Shown here one piece after another: positions 1 to 7,962 of a stretch of 42,985 bases of DNA (its first letter is position 1; each line of letters begins with the position of its first letter). The position numbers and the translations under genes are program-made. The stretch lies in contig JBHIAT010000010.1 in assembly GCA_046758705.1 (NCBI GenBank), positions 1 to 42,985 on the forward strand, written 5' to 3'. The DNA comes from Candidatus Bipolaricaulia bacterium. Lineage in GTDB: Bacteria > Bipolaricaulota > Bipolaricaulia > JBHIAT01. The notes below the pieces were generated by a model. The model was not told where the DNA came from, made no database searches, and was given only the letters and a program-made list of their open reading frames with translations.

Positions 1-175
1 CGCTGCAAGATTCACTTCATGTTACGGGCTGCTGTTTTGCTCCCCTTCCACAGGGAGATACATCACTTCAGCACATCCGGTCACCCCGATGCACTGGATG
101 CCTGCTACATGGCCGTCTGGCAGTTACCACGACCGGACTCCCACCGGTTAGCAGACGACAGCTTTCAGGGCACAC
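1..175 (-). mobile_element. 5' end (domain I) of a group II intron, continuing beyond the window start
   Basis: Minus strand begins GTGTGCCCTGAAAGCTG at 175 (GUGYG 5' consensus), followed by non-coding, hairpin-rich sequence (AACCGGTGGGAGTCCGGT; GCATCCAGTGCATCGGGGTGACCGGATGTGC; AAGTGAATC) resembling domain I. CAGCG at 5..1 is complementary to the last 5 exon bases CGCTG. RT ORF and domain V are not in the window. Confidence 0.7.
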
Positions 176-197
176 CAGCGAGCGGTTAGCAGGCATC
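176..197 (-). other. left part of attC site (R'' box and start of L''), interrupted by the intron
   Basis: Minus strand GATGCCTGCTAAC-cgctcgctg just after the higA stop; 11/13 inverted match to the other cassette end GTTAGTGGGCATC (866..854). Confidence 0.65.
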
Positions 198-204
198 GCC
201 CCCA

Positions 205-510
205 TCATTGGAGCTTAGTATAGACCTTGACTTCCCGCTCAAGGCGATCCCCGAACTTATCCTCCTCGACGTCCAGGTCATACTGCGCCTGTAGCCCCAA
301 CCAAAACTCAGGTGAAGTGTCGAAATACCGCGCTAGACGGAGCGCCGTGTTCGCTGTTACACTCCGCTTCCCCAAGACGATCTCGTTGATCCGGCGCGGA
401 TCGACGCCAATGTCCAACGCCAACCGATGCTGGCTCAGGCCGAGAGGCTTCAAAAACTCCTCCTGCAACACCTCTCCCGGATGCACTGGTGCCATTCTCT
501 TCTCAGTCAT
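205..510 (-). CDS. higA: HigA/VapI family antitoxin (HTH XRE)
   Basis: PVHPGEVLQEEFLKPLG...RRINEIVLGKRSVTANTALRLARYFDTSPEFWLGLQ; RBS GGAGGT; follows higB. Confidence 0.95.
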   Translation of the reverse strand: MTEKRMAPVHPGEVLQEEFLKPLGLSQHRLALDIGVDPRRINEIVLGKRSVTANTALRLARYFDTSPEFWLGLQAQYDLDVEEDKFGDRLEREVKVYTKLQ

Positions 511-522
511 TTCAACTACCTC

Positions 523-804
523 CTAGTGATAATCCGTAATCTCTACTTCGTAAGCGTCGTTCTCGTGCCACACGAAGCAAATCCGCCACTGATTGTTGAT
601 GCGAATCGAATGTTGCCCTTCGCGATCCTCCTTCAACTTCTCCAATCGATTCCCTGGCGGGGAGCGTAGATCTTGGAGCGATTTAGCGTTGTTCACCATC
701 CTAAGCTTCCGAAGCGCGATCCGCTGGATCTCTTGCGGACGCCTCTTCGAGTAAACGCGACGATAGACTTTCTCGGTCTCTTTGTCCTTGAAGGACTTAA
801 TCAC
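523..804 (-). CDS. higB: HigB (RelE/ParE superfamily, plasmid-maintenance killer type) toxin
   Basis: MIKSFKDKETE...LRSPPGNRLEKL..DREGQHSIRINNQWRICF.W...AYEVEITDYH; start placed at GTG 804 rather than 825. Confidence 0.95.
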   Translation of the reverse strand: MIKSFKDKETEKVYRRVYSKRRPQEIQRIALRKLRMVNNAKSLQDLRSPPGNRLEKLKEDREGQHSIRINNQWRICFVWHENDAYEVEITDYH

Positions 805-810
805 ATCGAA

Positions 811-839
811 AGCATATCGTGCCACGCGCTAAGCGTCAA
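811..839 (-). promoter_or_regulatory. sigma70-type promoter of higBA, probably leaderless
   Basis: TTGACG-17 bp-TATGCT, 6 nt upstream of the GTG start; no RBS. Confidence 0.65.
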
Positions 840-853
840 ACACTAAGGAGCAA

Positions 854-890
854 GATGCCCACTAACGGCACACCGCTTCACCTGCGGCGG
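854..890 (-). other. right half of an attC site (L' and R' boxes) marking the start of the higBA cassette
   Basis: Minus strand ccgccgCAGGTGAAgcggtgtgccGTTAGTGggcatc; crossover G/TT at 866. The left arm is not visible. Confidence 0.55.
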
Positions 891-1055
891 AAGTCTTCCA
901 GCAATTCCTTCTTCGCTTCTGTGACAGCTGTGTAGAACCATTCGTAGAACTCGGTGATCGCCTCCTGGTACCTATGAACAGCAAGTGACACGTCAACCTT
1001 CTCTCGATCCGCAGCTTCCCGAATGTACACGCGTGCTCGGGGTGACCAGTCGTAC
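878..1055 (-). pseudogene. 3' remnant of an unknown cassette gene
   Basis: Frame YDWSPRARVYIREAADREKVDVSLAVHRYQEAITEFYEWFY... ends in the attC half-site; its 5' end abuts the intI start with no credible start codon. Confidence 0.45.
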
Positions 1056-1226
1056 GTGGCACAACGCCCGAAGAAACTCCTGAACCAGGTGCGCGATGCC
1101 ATCCGGCTTAAGCACTATTCTATCCGCACCGAACAGGCCTATGTCACCGTGCGGGTGTGGATCGGCGGCGGGCTGATGCTGGCCGGAAGCGTGCTGATCG
1201 TCCTGTCCCAGGCCGATCTGATCTAA
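1056..1226 (+). pseudogene. intI: truncated integron integrase N-terminus fused to an unrelated hydrophobic C-terminal fragment (EamA/DMT-like)
   Basis: PKKLLNQVRDAIRLKHYSIRTEQAYV is the typical IntI N-terminal SAM-like motif; similarity stops near 1146 and switches to VRVWIGGGLMLAGSVLIVLSQ. Divergent from the cassette array, as in canonical integrons. Confidence 0.85.
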
Positions 1227-1253
1227 CACTCACTGTCGCTGTTCTCAGGGCCA

Positions 1254-1289
1254 CACCACTTGCCCGCTGTAACGGAGATATTGTATATT
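1254..1289 (+). promoter_or_regulatory. promoter/regulatory element, copy 1 (copy 2 at 6601..6636)
   Basis: caccacTTGCCCgctgtaacggagatattgTATATT; 32/36 identical to 6601..6636; -35/-10-like hexamers 18 bp apart. Confidence 0.6.
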
Positions 1290-1324
1290 GATTCTAAATT
1301 ACAATTACTCAAGGGGGATATACG

Positions 1325-2521
1325 ATGCGCCATGTCAAGTTGCTCATTTTGTTTGGGTTGGTTGCAGCCTTTGGACTGTTTCCGGTTGGAGGGAGCGGTC
1401 AAGGGGAGTTGATCCCCATCGTGTTCCAGTCGAAGTGGTTTCCGCAATCGCAGTTTGCAGGGTATTGGGTCGCAGGCGGCCACCTGCCCGGAGAAAGTCC
1501 GTCTGACAATGTTCCCTTGGAAAACGGGCTGAACTTCTACGCACAGGAAGGCCTGGACGTCACCATCTTGGACGGCGGCAGCGTGAACCCATCCGTCAAC
1601 GTGGCGGTGGGCAACGCCGATTTCGGCACGGACTGGATCGCAAACATGCTGGTCCAGCGGAAGGCTGGGTTGGACTTGAAGCACATCGCTCAGATCTTCC
1701 AGCGACCGGGCTATCTGTTCGTGGCACTCAAGAGTTCAGGGATCGAAACCGTTGAGGATTTCGCTGGCAAAAACGTGGGTGTGTGGGCGTTCGGCAACGA
1801 GTTCCCCGCTCAGGCTTGTTTCCGTGCGCATGGTCTAACCAGCGATCTAGACCCCACCGTGAGCAATCCCGATCTCAGTGCGACGGTCTACGCTTTTGAC
1901 CCAGCGCTCGTGTTCCCCGACCAGGTAGATGTGGCCAGTGCCATGATCTACAACGAGCTAGACCAGATTCGGGGGCTGGGCTTCCCTCTGAATGAGCTGA
2001 GCTTCATTTCCGTAGCGGAAAGCGGCTGCGGGTTGCTGGAAGACTTCATCTTTGCCACGAGCGAGTTGCTGTCCTCCAGCAACTGGACGACGGCCGCCGG
2101 CGTTGAAAGCGGCTTAAGCGGACAGGAGCTGGCCGAGCGCTTCGTGCGGGCTACGCTCAAGGGCTGGCAGTGGGCCATCGATAATCAAGCGGCCTCAGTG
2201 CAGATCGTGCTCGACTTCTGTGGTGACACGTGCCAGGGGTCCGGTGAGACTCAATCCCCGTTGCTCCACCAAAGCTGGCAGATGATCCGCATTGCGGAGA
2301 TGGTTCAGCCTGCACTGCTCACGGATCCGGTCGCGTTGAGGTTGCTCGGCTTGACTCAGACCCCACCTGCAGCCACGCTCGGCTGTCTCAATATAGATGA
2401 TTACAATCATACCGTCAGCTTGCTTGAAGACATCGGACTCATCTCCGAGGGCGTAGGCAATATCAGCCAAGTGGTGACTTCCCAGGTTTTGGATGGAATT
2501 GGCATCGATTGTTCGGACTAA
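1325..2521 (+). CDS. ABC transporter substrate-binding protein, NMT1/THI5-like (SsuA/TauA class)
   Basis: Signal peptide; KWFPQSQFAGYWVA, FYAQEGLDVTILDGG, SAMIYNE, ERFVRATLKGWQWA motifs. Confidence 0.88.
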   Translation: MRHVKLLILFGLVAAFGLFPVGGSGQGELIPIVFQSKWFPQSQFAGYWVAGGHLPGESPSDNVPLENGLNFYAQEGLDVTILDGGSVNPSVNVAVGNADFGTDWIANMLVQRKAGLDLKHIAQIFQRPGYLFVALKSSGIETVEDFAGKNVGVWAFGNEFPAQACFRAHGLTSDLDPTVSNPDLSATVYAFDPALVFPDQVDVASAMIYNELDQIRGLGFPLNELSFISVAESGCGLLEDFIFATSELLSSSNWTTAAGVESGLSGQELAERFVRATLKGWQWAIDNQAASVQIVLDFCGDTCQGSGETQSPLLHQSWQMIRIAEMVQPALLTDPVALRLLGLTQTPPAATLGCLNIDDYNHTVSLLEDIGLISEGVGNISQVVTSQVLDGIGIDCSD

Positions 2522-2541
2522 ACCGTCCATCGTAAACAGAA

Positions 2542-2589
2542 GCGGCGGGGGAGGGGGGGAGGCACGTTCCCTCGCCGTTTTCCTTTTCC
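2542..2589 (+). terminator. probable intrinsic terminator between convergent genes
   Basis: GC-rich imperfect stem gcggcggggga...tccctcgccgt followed by tttccttttcc. Confidence 0.5.
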
Positions 2590-2610
2590 TGTCACAGTTT
2601 GTAATGTTCG

Positions 2611-3762
2611 TTATTGTTTTTCTCGGAAGGAACTGTGCCAACCGGTGAAAAACCGCTCCAGCAAGGCGATGGTATTATAAAACAAGATGCCAAGGAGGCT
2701 GGCAAAGGCAATCGCGGCAAACGTCACGTCATAGCGGCCACTGCGGGCTGAGAGGCTGATGCGTTGTCCAAGCCCTTCCGGCGGGCCCGGGATCAAGAAC
2801 TCGGCGACAATCACGCTGATCAGGCCGATGATGCTGGCGATCTTCAGCGCGTTGAACATGTAGGGCAACGCGTTGGGGAAGCGCAGCTTGCGCAAGATCT
2901 GGCCGCGACGAGCCGCATACGAGCGCATGAGATCCATCTCGAGCGGGTCCACTGTGGTCAACCCCTGAACCACGTTGATCACCATGGGAAAGAAGCTGAC
3001 GATTACAACCACAGCCGCCTTGGATTCCCAGTCCACTCCAAACGCGCGTCCCAGCACGGGGGCCAGCCCCACGATGGGGATGGCGCTGAACGCCGTAGCG
3101 AACGGCAGCAAACCTCGTTGCAAAAACGGGCTGAATGCGACCAACAAGCCCACTACAAGGCCTGTCGAGACACCCAAGGCATACCCCAACAACACCTGGC
3201 GCACGAAGGTGTGGATGCTGTCTTCGATGAGCACACCTTGAGCAGAGGTAAGCACCTGAACCACATCAGTGACTCGCGGGAAAAAAGCCATGGGCACGCG
3301 CAACCCTTCCACAACGCCTTCCCAAAATAAGAACAAAAAAACAGGGATGGATATGAGCGGGACGAAGTCACGCAAGACGTGGGCGATGCGATCCGCACCG
3401 GACAAGGTGCCCAAGTAGCTCACCGCGCCGGCAGCCACCAGCAACTTTCCGAAAAAAACCAACCAGAAGTCGAGCAAAGCGGGATCGTTATACCCAGCGG
3501 CTAGTGAACTTTTGAACGCCAACAAGGTCAGCAACGCTCCGCCGAGACCCATGACGAGCAAGGTCACCGTCACCACGCGAGTCCGCAACAACGATCCGAG
3601 GGTCGCGAGCACGGTGAGGACCAACAGCGGGGTCCAGGCCCACGCCGCAGCATCGACCTGCCCGAGACTTAAGCCGATTTGCCCCTGCACCCATGGCAGG
3701 AACAAGCCAGCCAACGCGATCATCGCGCCCAGCAACGATCCAGGATTGACCTTGATCTTCAT
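2611..3762 (-). CDS. ABC transporter permease (TauC/SsuC type) with extra N-terminal TM helices
   Basis: AIPIVGLAP, SFFPMVINVVQGL..VDPLEMDLMRSYAA, KLRFPNALPYMFNALK, IVAEF. Confidence 0.9.
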   Translation of the reverse strand: MKIKVNPGSLLGAMIALAGLFLPWVQGQIGLSLGQVDAAAWAWTPLLVLTVLATLGSLLRTRVVTVTLLVMGLGGALLTLLAFKSSLAAGYNDPALLDFWLVFFGKLLVAAGAVSYLGTLSGADRIAHVLRDFVPLISIPVFLFLFWEGVVEGLRVPMAFFPRVTDVVQVLTSAQGVLIEDSIHTFVRQVLLGYALGVSTGLVVGLLVAFSPFLQRGLLPFATAFSAIPIVGLAPVLGRAFGVDWESKAAVVVIVSFFPMVINVVQGLTTVDPLEMDLMRSYAARRGQILRKLRFPNALPYMFNALKIASIIGLISVIVAEFLIPGPPEGLGQRISLSARSGRYDVTFAAIAFASLLGILFYNTIALLERFFTGWHSSFREKQ

Positions 3763-5648
3763 ACTTTACACACCCATGGGGCGATCAATTTTTCTAGCCA
3801 ACCCACCGCGGAGACGAACAAGATCCCCATGATCGAAGAAATCAAAAACAAGATCCACAGGTCGGCCACGTTGCCTGCCTGGACCTGCCCGAGAATGGTA
3901 AAGCCGAGCCCCTTCGCGTTGGAGGTCTCGGTTTCGGAGATGAGCGCTCCCACCAGCGAGGCCGCTGCGCCCACCTTGAAACTGGCGGACAAGAACGGCA
4001 ACGCCGCGAAGATGCGCACCTTGAGAAACACCTGTCGACGTGTGGCGGCATAGGATCGCATCAAGTCCAACGCCAACGGGTCCACCGAGCGCAGGCCCTT
4101 GGTTGCGCCCACCGTGATCGGGAAGAAACTCAAATAGCCGCCGATCAAGGCGGACGGCAACAGGCTGGTCTGGATGGGGATCCCGAAGTTCGCCAAGATG
4201 AGCACAAGCACAGGCACCAACGCGATGATGGGCACGGTCTGTGAGGCGATCACCCAGGGGAGCAGCGCTCGCTCCAGCGGCCGGATGAGCACGAACAGCA
4301 CCGCGAGGGCCAGTCCCACCCCGCCCCCCAGCAGCAAGGCCACCAAGGTCCCTTGCGCCGAGTAGAGCGCTGCGCGCAGGGCGTTGCGTTCGCTTTGGAA
4401 CTCGTAGCGCGTCAGGAACGAAGGGACACGCGTGATGATCCAGTGCGGTAACGGCATGGGGTGCTGCGGCAACGACAGAAAGCACTCGAACACGGTGGTT
4501 CCGCACTTGGGCCGGTCATAGACGGTATAACGTGCTGCCCATACGACGCTGCCTGGATCAGGTGTTTTGGCCAACAGGACGGTTCCCTGTGCCGAGTTGG
4601 TGACCACATAATCGTACTGTCGCAACTGACTGAGACGCGCGGGGACCTGCTTGAGCGTGACGACCTCGCCTTCTTGGTCGTATTCTTTGTCGGGCGTGAG
4701 CACGCGACCGCCTAGGGTGATGAGCCCCCCGGGTTCCGGGAAGGTAAATTGTACCCGTTTTCCATCGACGGGCTCACGTGGAGGTCGGCCTTGTGCGTTC
4801 AAAGGCCGATCGTCCACGAAGAGCCGCCGGGTAGGGTCGCCCGGGACGACGTTGCTGTGTGCCAGCGTGAACGTGCGATTTACCCCATCGACCGATCCTT
4901 GCAGTCGCTCAGCCCAGCGAACTGCCTCTTCAGCCAACTCGATCTCGCTGCCAGGTGGCGGGGGATCTTTAAGCACGATCGTGTGATCGTCCGCCCAGGC
5001 GTAATCCCCGGTGACGCGAAACGGTCGAGCCCAATACGGTTCCGCCCGCAAGCTGAGCCAGAGCGGCGCCGGCTTGGTGAGGTGTAGCGTGTTGTCCTCA
5101 AGCGTGTAATCCTTGCCCGATTGCAGCAGTTCGCCGCGGAGTGCAAACACACCCTCGGTGTCCGTGAACGTGAAGGTGAAGGTGAAGGTGAGTCGCTGAC
5201 CATCGGGCTTTTCCGGTGGCTTTTCGTAGGCGGGTGACAGGAGGTGGCCGTTCAGATAAAGCGGCTTGCCCTGGCCTGGTTCGGCGGACTTGAAGACGCG
5301 GTTGTTCCCATCGCTGACACCCTCGACCTCGGCCAACGTGATAAACCGGGTGGTCTCGGGAAGCTTGACCTGACCCTGTTCGAGGCGATACTCCGTCGCA
5401 AGGGGCACCTGATCACGCACGAGCAGTCCGCTGTTTGGGTCCACCGACTCGCTGAAACGAAGCGTGGTGGGATCGCTCAGGTCTAAGGGAGGGGCGGCCT
5501 CGATGATGCGCTGTGACCAGCGGTTGCGGTCCTCCAGGTTGGCTTTGGCCCGTGGGTACCCCATCAAGAACGCGATCGGATAGGCCAACGCGAACGACAC
5601 GGCCATCACGACGAGGAGCGGGATGATGCCTCGAACGCGTTTCATCAA
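3759..5648 (-). CDS. ABC transporter permease (TauC/SsuC type) with a large extracytoplasmic repeat domain
   Basis: C-terminal ~200 aa is the permease (SQTVPIIALVP, FFPITV..TKGLRSVDP..LDLMRSYAA); N-terminal TM plus ~400 aa soluble region with four DGxxxxF motifs. Confidence 0.88.
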   Translation of the reverse strand: MMKRVRGIIPLLVVMAVSFALAYPIAFLMGYPRAKANLEDRNRWSQRIIEAAPPLDLSDPTTLRFSESVDPNSGLLVRDQVPLATEYRLEQGQVKLPETTRFITLAEVEGVSDGNNRVFKSAEPGQGKPLYLNGHLLSPAYEKPPEKPDGQRLTFTFTFTFTDTEGVFALRGELLQSGKDYTLEDNTLHLTKPAPLWLSLRAEPYWARPFRVTGDYAWADDHTIVLKDPPPPGSEIELAEEAVRWAERLQGSVDGVNRTFTLAHSNVVPGDPTRRLFVDDRPLNAQGRPPREPVDGKRVQFTFPEPGGLITLGGRVLTPDKEYDQEGEVVTLKQVPARLSQLRQYDYVVTNSAQGTVLLAKTPDPGSVVWAARYTVYDRPKCGTTVFECFLSLPQHPMPLPHWIITRVPSFLTRYEFQSERNALRAALYSAQGTLVALLLGGGVGLALAVLFVLIRPLERALLPWVIASQTVPIIALVPVLVLILANFGIPIQTSLLPSALIGGYLSFFPITVGATKGLRSVDPLALDLMRSYAATRRQVFLKVRIFAALPFLSASFKVGAAASLVGALISETETSNAKGLGFTILGQVQAGNVADLWILFLISSIMGILFVSAVGWLEKLIAPWVCKV

Positions 5649-6469
5649 GCAGCTCCGTTCTCTACCTGTCGTAACGACTCCCGAACGGTGGTCATCAGCT
5701 CGAAAAAGCGCTCGGACTCGCGCGTGTCCACCGTGCGCGGTTGGGGTAGGTCGACCTCGATGACCTCGTGAACCCGTCCCGGGCGCGCGCTCATCACCAC
5801 GGCACGTGTGGACAGGAATACGGCCTCTGGGATCGAGTGGGTGACGAACAGGGTGGTGGTCTTCATATCACGCCAGATGCGAAGCAGCTCAAGCTGCATC
5901 TGCTCGCGAGTGATCTCATCTAATGCGCCGAAGGGTTCGTCCATGAGCAGGATACTAGGGGAAAATGATAGCGCACGGGCGATCGAGACGCGTTGCTGCA
6001 TTCCGCCCGACAGTTGCCAGGGGTAGCTGCGTTCGAAATCGCTCAAGCCTACCATGTCCAACAGGCGCTTGGCGCGGTCTTCACGTTCTGAATTAGAAAC
6101 GCCCATGATCTCTAAGGGCAGTTGCACGTTGCGCTTCACCGTGCGCCATTGGTAAAGCACCGGAGCTTGAAACACAAAACCGTAGTCGCGGTCCAGCCGG
6201 GCTTGCTCTGGCGGCTTCCCCTTGATGGTGATCGTGCCGGCAGTGGGCTGCTCCAGGTCGGCCACCAAACGCAACAGCGTCGTCTTGCCGCACCCGGATG
6301 AGCCGATGAGCGAGACGAACTCCCGTGGCGCGACCTCCAAGCTCACGTTGCTTAGAGCGACCACATCGCCGCCTTCCCCCGGAAACACCATCTCCACATC
6401 TCGAAGGGCGATGATGGGCGCGTCCGTGGTCTTGGGAGCAGCTTGATCCCGAATAGCTTCATGCGGCAT
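5645..6469 (-). CDS. ABC transporter ATP-binding protein (TauB/SsuB type)
   Basis: GSSGCGKTT, LSGGMQQR, LLMDEPFGALD; start reassigned to ATG 6469 behind RBS AAGGGAG. Confidence 0.93.
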   Translation of the reverse strand: MPHEAIRDQAAPKTTDAPIIALRDVEMVFPGEGGDVVALSNVSLEVAPREFVSLIGSSGCGKTTLLRLVADLEQPTAGTITIKGKPPEQARLDRDYGFVFQAPVLYQWRTVKRNVQLPLEIMGVSNSEREDRAKRLLDMVGLSDFERSYPWQLSGGMQQRVSIARALSFSPSILLMDEPFGALDEITREQMQLELLRIWRDMKTTTLFVTHSIPEAVFLSTRAVVMSARPGRVHEVIEVDLPQPRTVDTRESERFFELMTTVRESLRQVENGAA

Positions 6470-6600
6470 ACGAAACTCCCTTATTAAATAAGCATAAATC
6501 CTCTGTGGTACGGTGTCAACATGGCAATACATCCTCGCGTTGTAGATGGTTCGCCGCCTGGGGCTCAAATCCCGAACCTCCACCGCCGCTCTCAAGGTCA

Positions 6601-6636
6601 CACTACTTGCCCGTTGCAACGGAAATATTGTATATT
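6601..6636 (+). promoter_or_regulatory. promoter/regulatory element, copy 2
   Basis: cactacTTGCCCgttgcaacggaaatattgTATATT; 32/36 identical to 1254..1289; upstream of the frhB-like gene. Confidence 0.6.
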
Positions 6637-6688
6637 AAATTGATTATAATTATCACCAAGAGATAGCTTCGGACCCGGAGGGTCGAAC

Positions 6689-7960
6689 ATGGATAACGAA
6701 TCCCCTGAGGGTATCATCGACGACCAAGGTAAAGACCTTTCGAAGGTCGTACAGGCGAGATATCGGGCGATGGTTGATGGAGACGCCAATCCACACGAAT
6801 GGGCCCACGCCTGGCGCTCCGAGGTCAACCGGGGCGGCTTCAAGGCGGTCGATTTCCTGATGGACGAGATCGTCGATACGGGCAAATGTGTGGGATGCGC
6901 TGCCTGCGTCGTGATCTGCCCGGTTGACGTCTTTGATTACGAAGATGAACGCCCCGTCGATGCCAGGCACGATGCCTGCGTCTACTGCGAGCTTTGCGTC
7001 GATGTCTGCCCGGTGCTCAGACCCACGGATACCGATCTCGAAACCCTGTTAGATTACCGAGAGCCGGTCGTGGATGAGGGGTTCGGCCCCTACAGCTACG
7101 CCCTGCTGGCGAGCAGCAATGACGCCAAGATCAGAGACAAGGGACAGGACGGAGGTGTGGTCACCAGCCTGCTCATCTACGCGCTGGAGAAGGGGATCAT
7201 CCAGGGCACCATCGTCGGCGATGTCCGAGAAGACAACCCCCATATTCCCGTGCAAAAGCTCGCGACGACGCCCGAGGAGATCCTGAACTGTATCGGGTCT
7301 CGGTACACCTACTCCCCGAACACCGTCGCCCTGGCCGAGGCGGTCAGAAAAGAGATACGGCCCATCGCCGTCGTCGGCGTGCCCTGCCAGATCGATGGTG
7401 TCAGACAGGCCCAGTACAGCGGGATCTATCTGGACCTCGCCGAGTGGTATCGCAAGAACATCGCGTTTACCATCGGTCTGTTCTGCTCAGAGGCGTTCAC
7501 CCATGAGAGTATCGACGTGCTCTGCAAGGAATTCGATCTCCTCCCGACGGACATCGAAAATATCAACGTAAAAGGCAAAGTCATACTCACACTCAAGGAC
7601 GGACGGGAGCTTATCTTCTCTCTCAAGGAGTATCAAAAGTACGCCAGGCCTGCCTGCCTCTATTGCCTCGACTACGCGGCCGATCACGCCGATATCGGCG
7701 TCGGGGGCATCGGCCTGACCGGGTGGACCTTCTCGGCGATCCGAACCGAGGCTGGACATGCGATCTTCCAGGCAGCGATCGACGACGGGTGGCTTGAGAC
7801 GAGGCCCGTGGACGAAGAGCCCAGGTCGAAGAGCTTGCTGATCAAGCTCTCCGAGAAAAAGCGCAACCGTCCGCTTCCCGCTCAAATGCCCACACTCCAA
7901 GAAAGAATCGCCATGGGTAAGCTCGATCCCAAAACGTTCTACGAGTCCAAAGAGGGATGA
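6689..7960 (+). CDS. FrhB/FdhB family (F420 hydrogenase/dehydrogenase beta-like) Fe-S flavoprotein with N-terminal 2x[4Fe-4S] ferredoxin
   Basis: CVGCAACVVICP and CVYCELCVDVCP; GQDGGVVTSLL, GSRYT, VVGVPCQ, IGLFCSE, CLYCLDY..DHADIGVG. Confidence 0.88.
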   Translation: MDNESPEGIIDDQGKDLSKVVQARYRAMVDGDANPHEWAHAWRSEVNRGGFKAVDFLMDEIVDTGKCVGCAACVVICPVDVFDYEDERPVDARHDACVYCELCVDVCPVLRPTDTDLETLLDYREPVVDEGFGPYSYALLASSNDAKIRDKGQDGGVVTSLLIYALEKGIIQGTIVGDVREDNPHIPVQKLATTPEEILNCIGSRYTYSPNTVALAEAVRKEIRPIAVVGVPCQIDGVRQAQYSGIYLDLAEWYRKNIAFTIGLFCSEAFTHESIDVLCKEFDLLPTDIENINVKGKVILTLKDGRELIFSLKEYQKYARPACLYCLDYAADHADIGVGGIGLTGWTFSAIRTEAGHAIFQAAIDDGWLETRPVDEEPRSKSLLIKLSEKKRNRPLPAQMPTLQERIAMGKLDPKTFYESKEG

Positions 7961-7962
7961 TT

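Noticed and set aside
6470-6619. N-terminal extension of the ABC ATPase in the ORF track
   Set aside because: Runs through the divergent promoter region; a good RBS precedes ATG 6469.
6689-7960. Evidence for methanogenesis or an F420-reducing hydrogenase
   Set aside because: FrhB-family domains are widespread in bacteria, and no hydrogenase large or small subunit genes are present.
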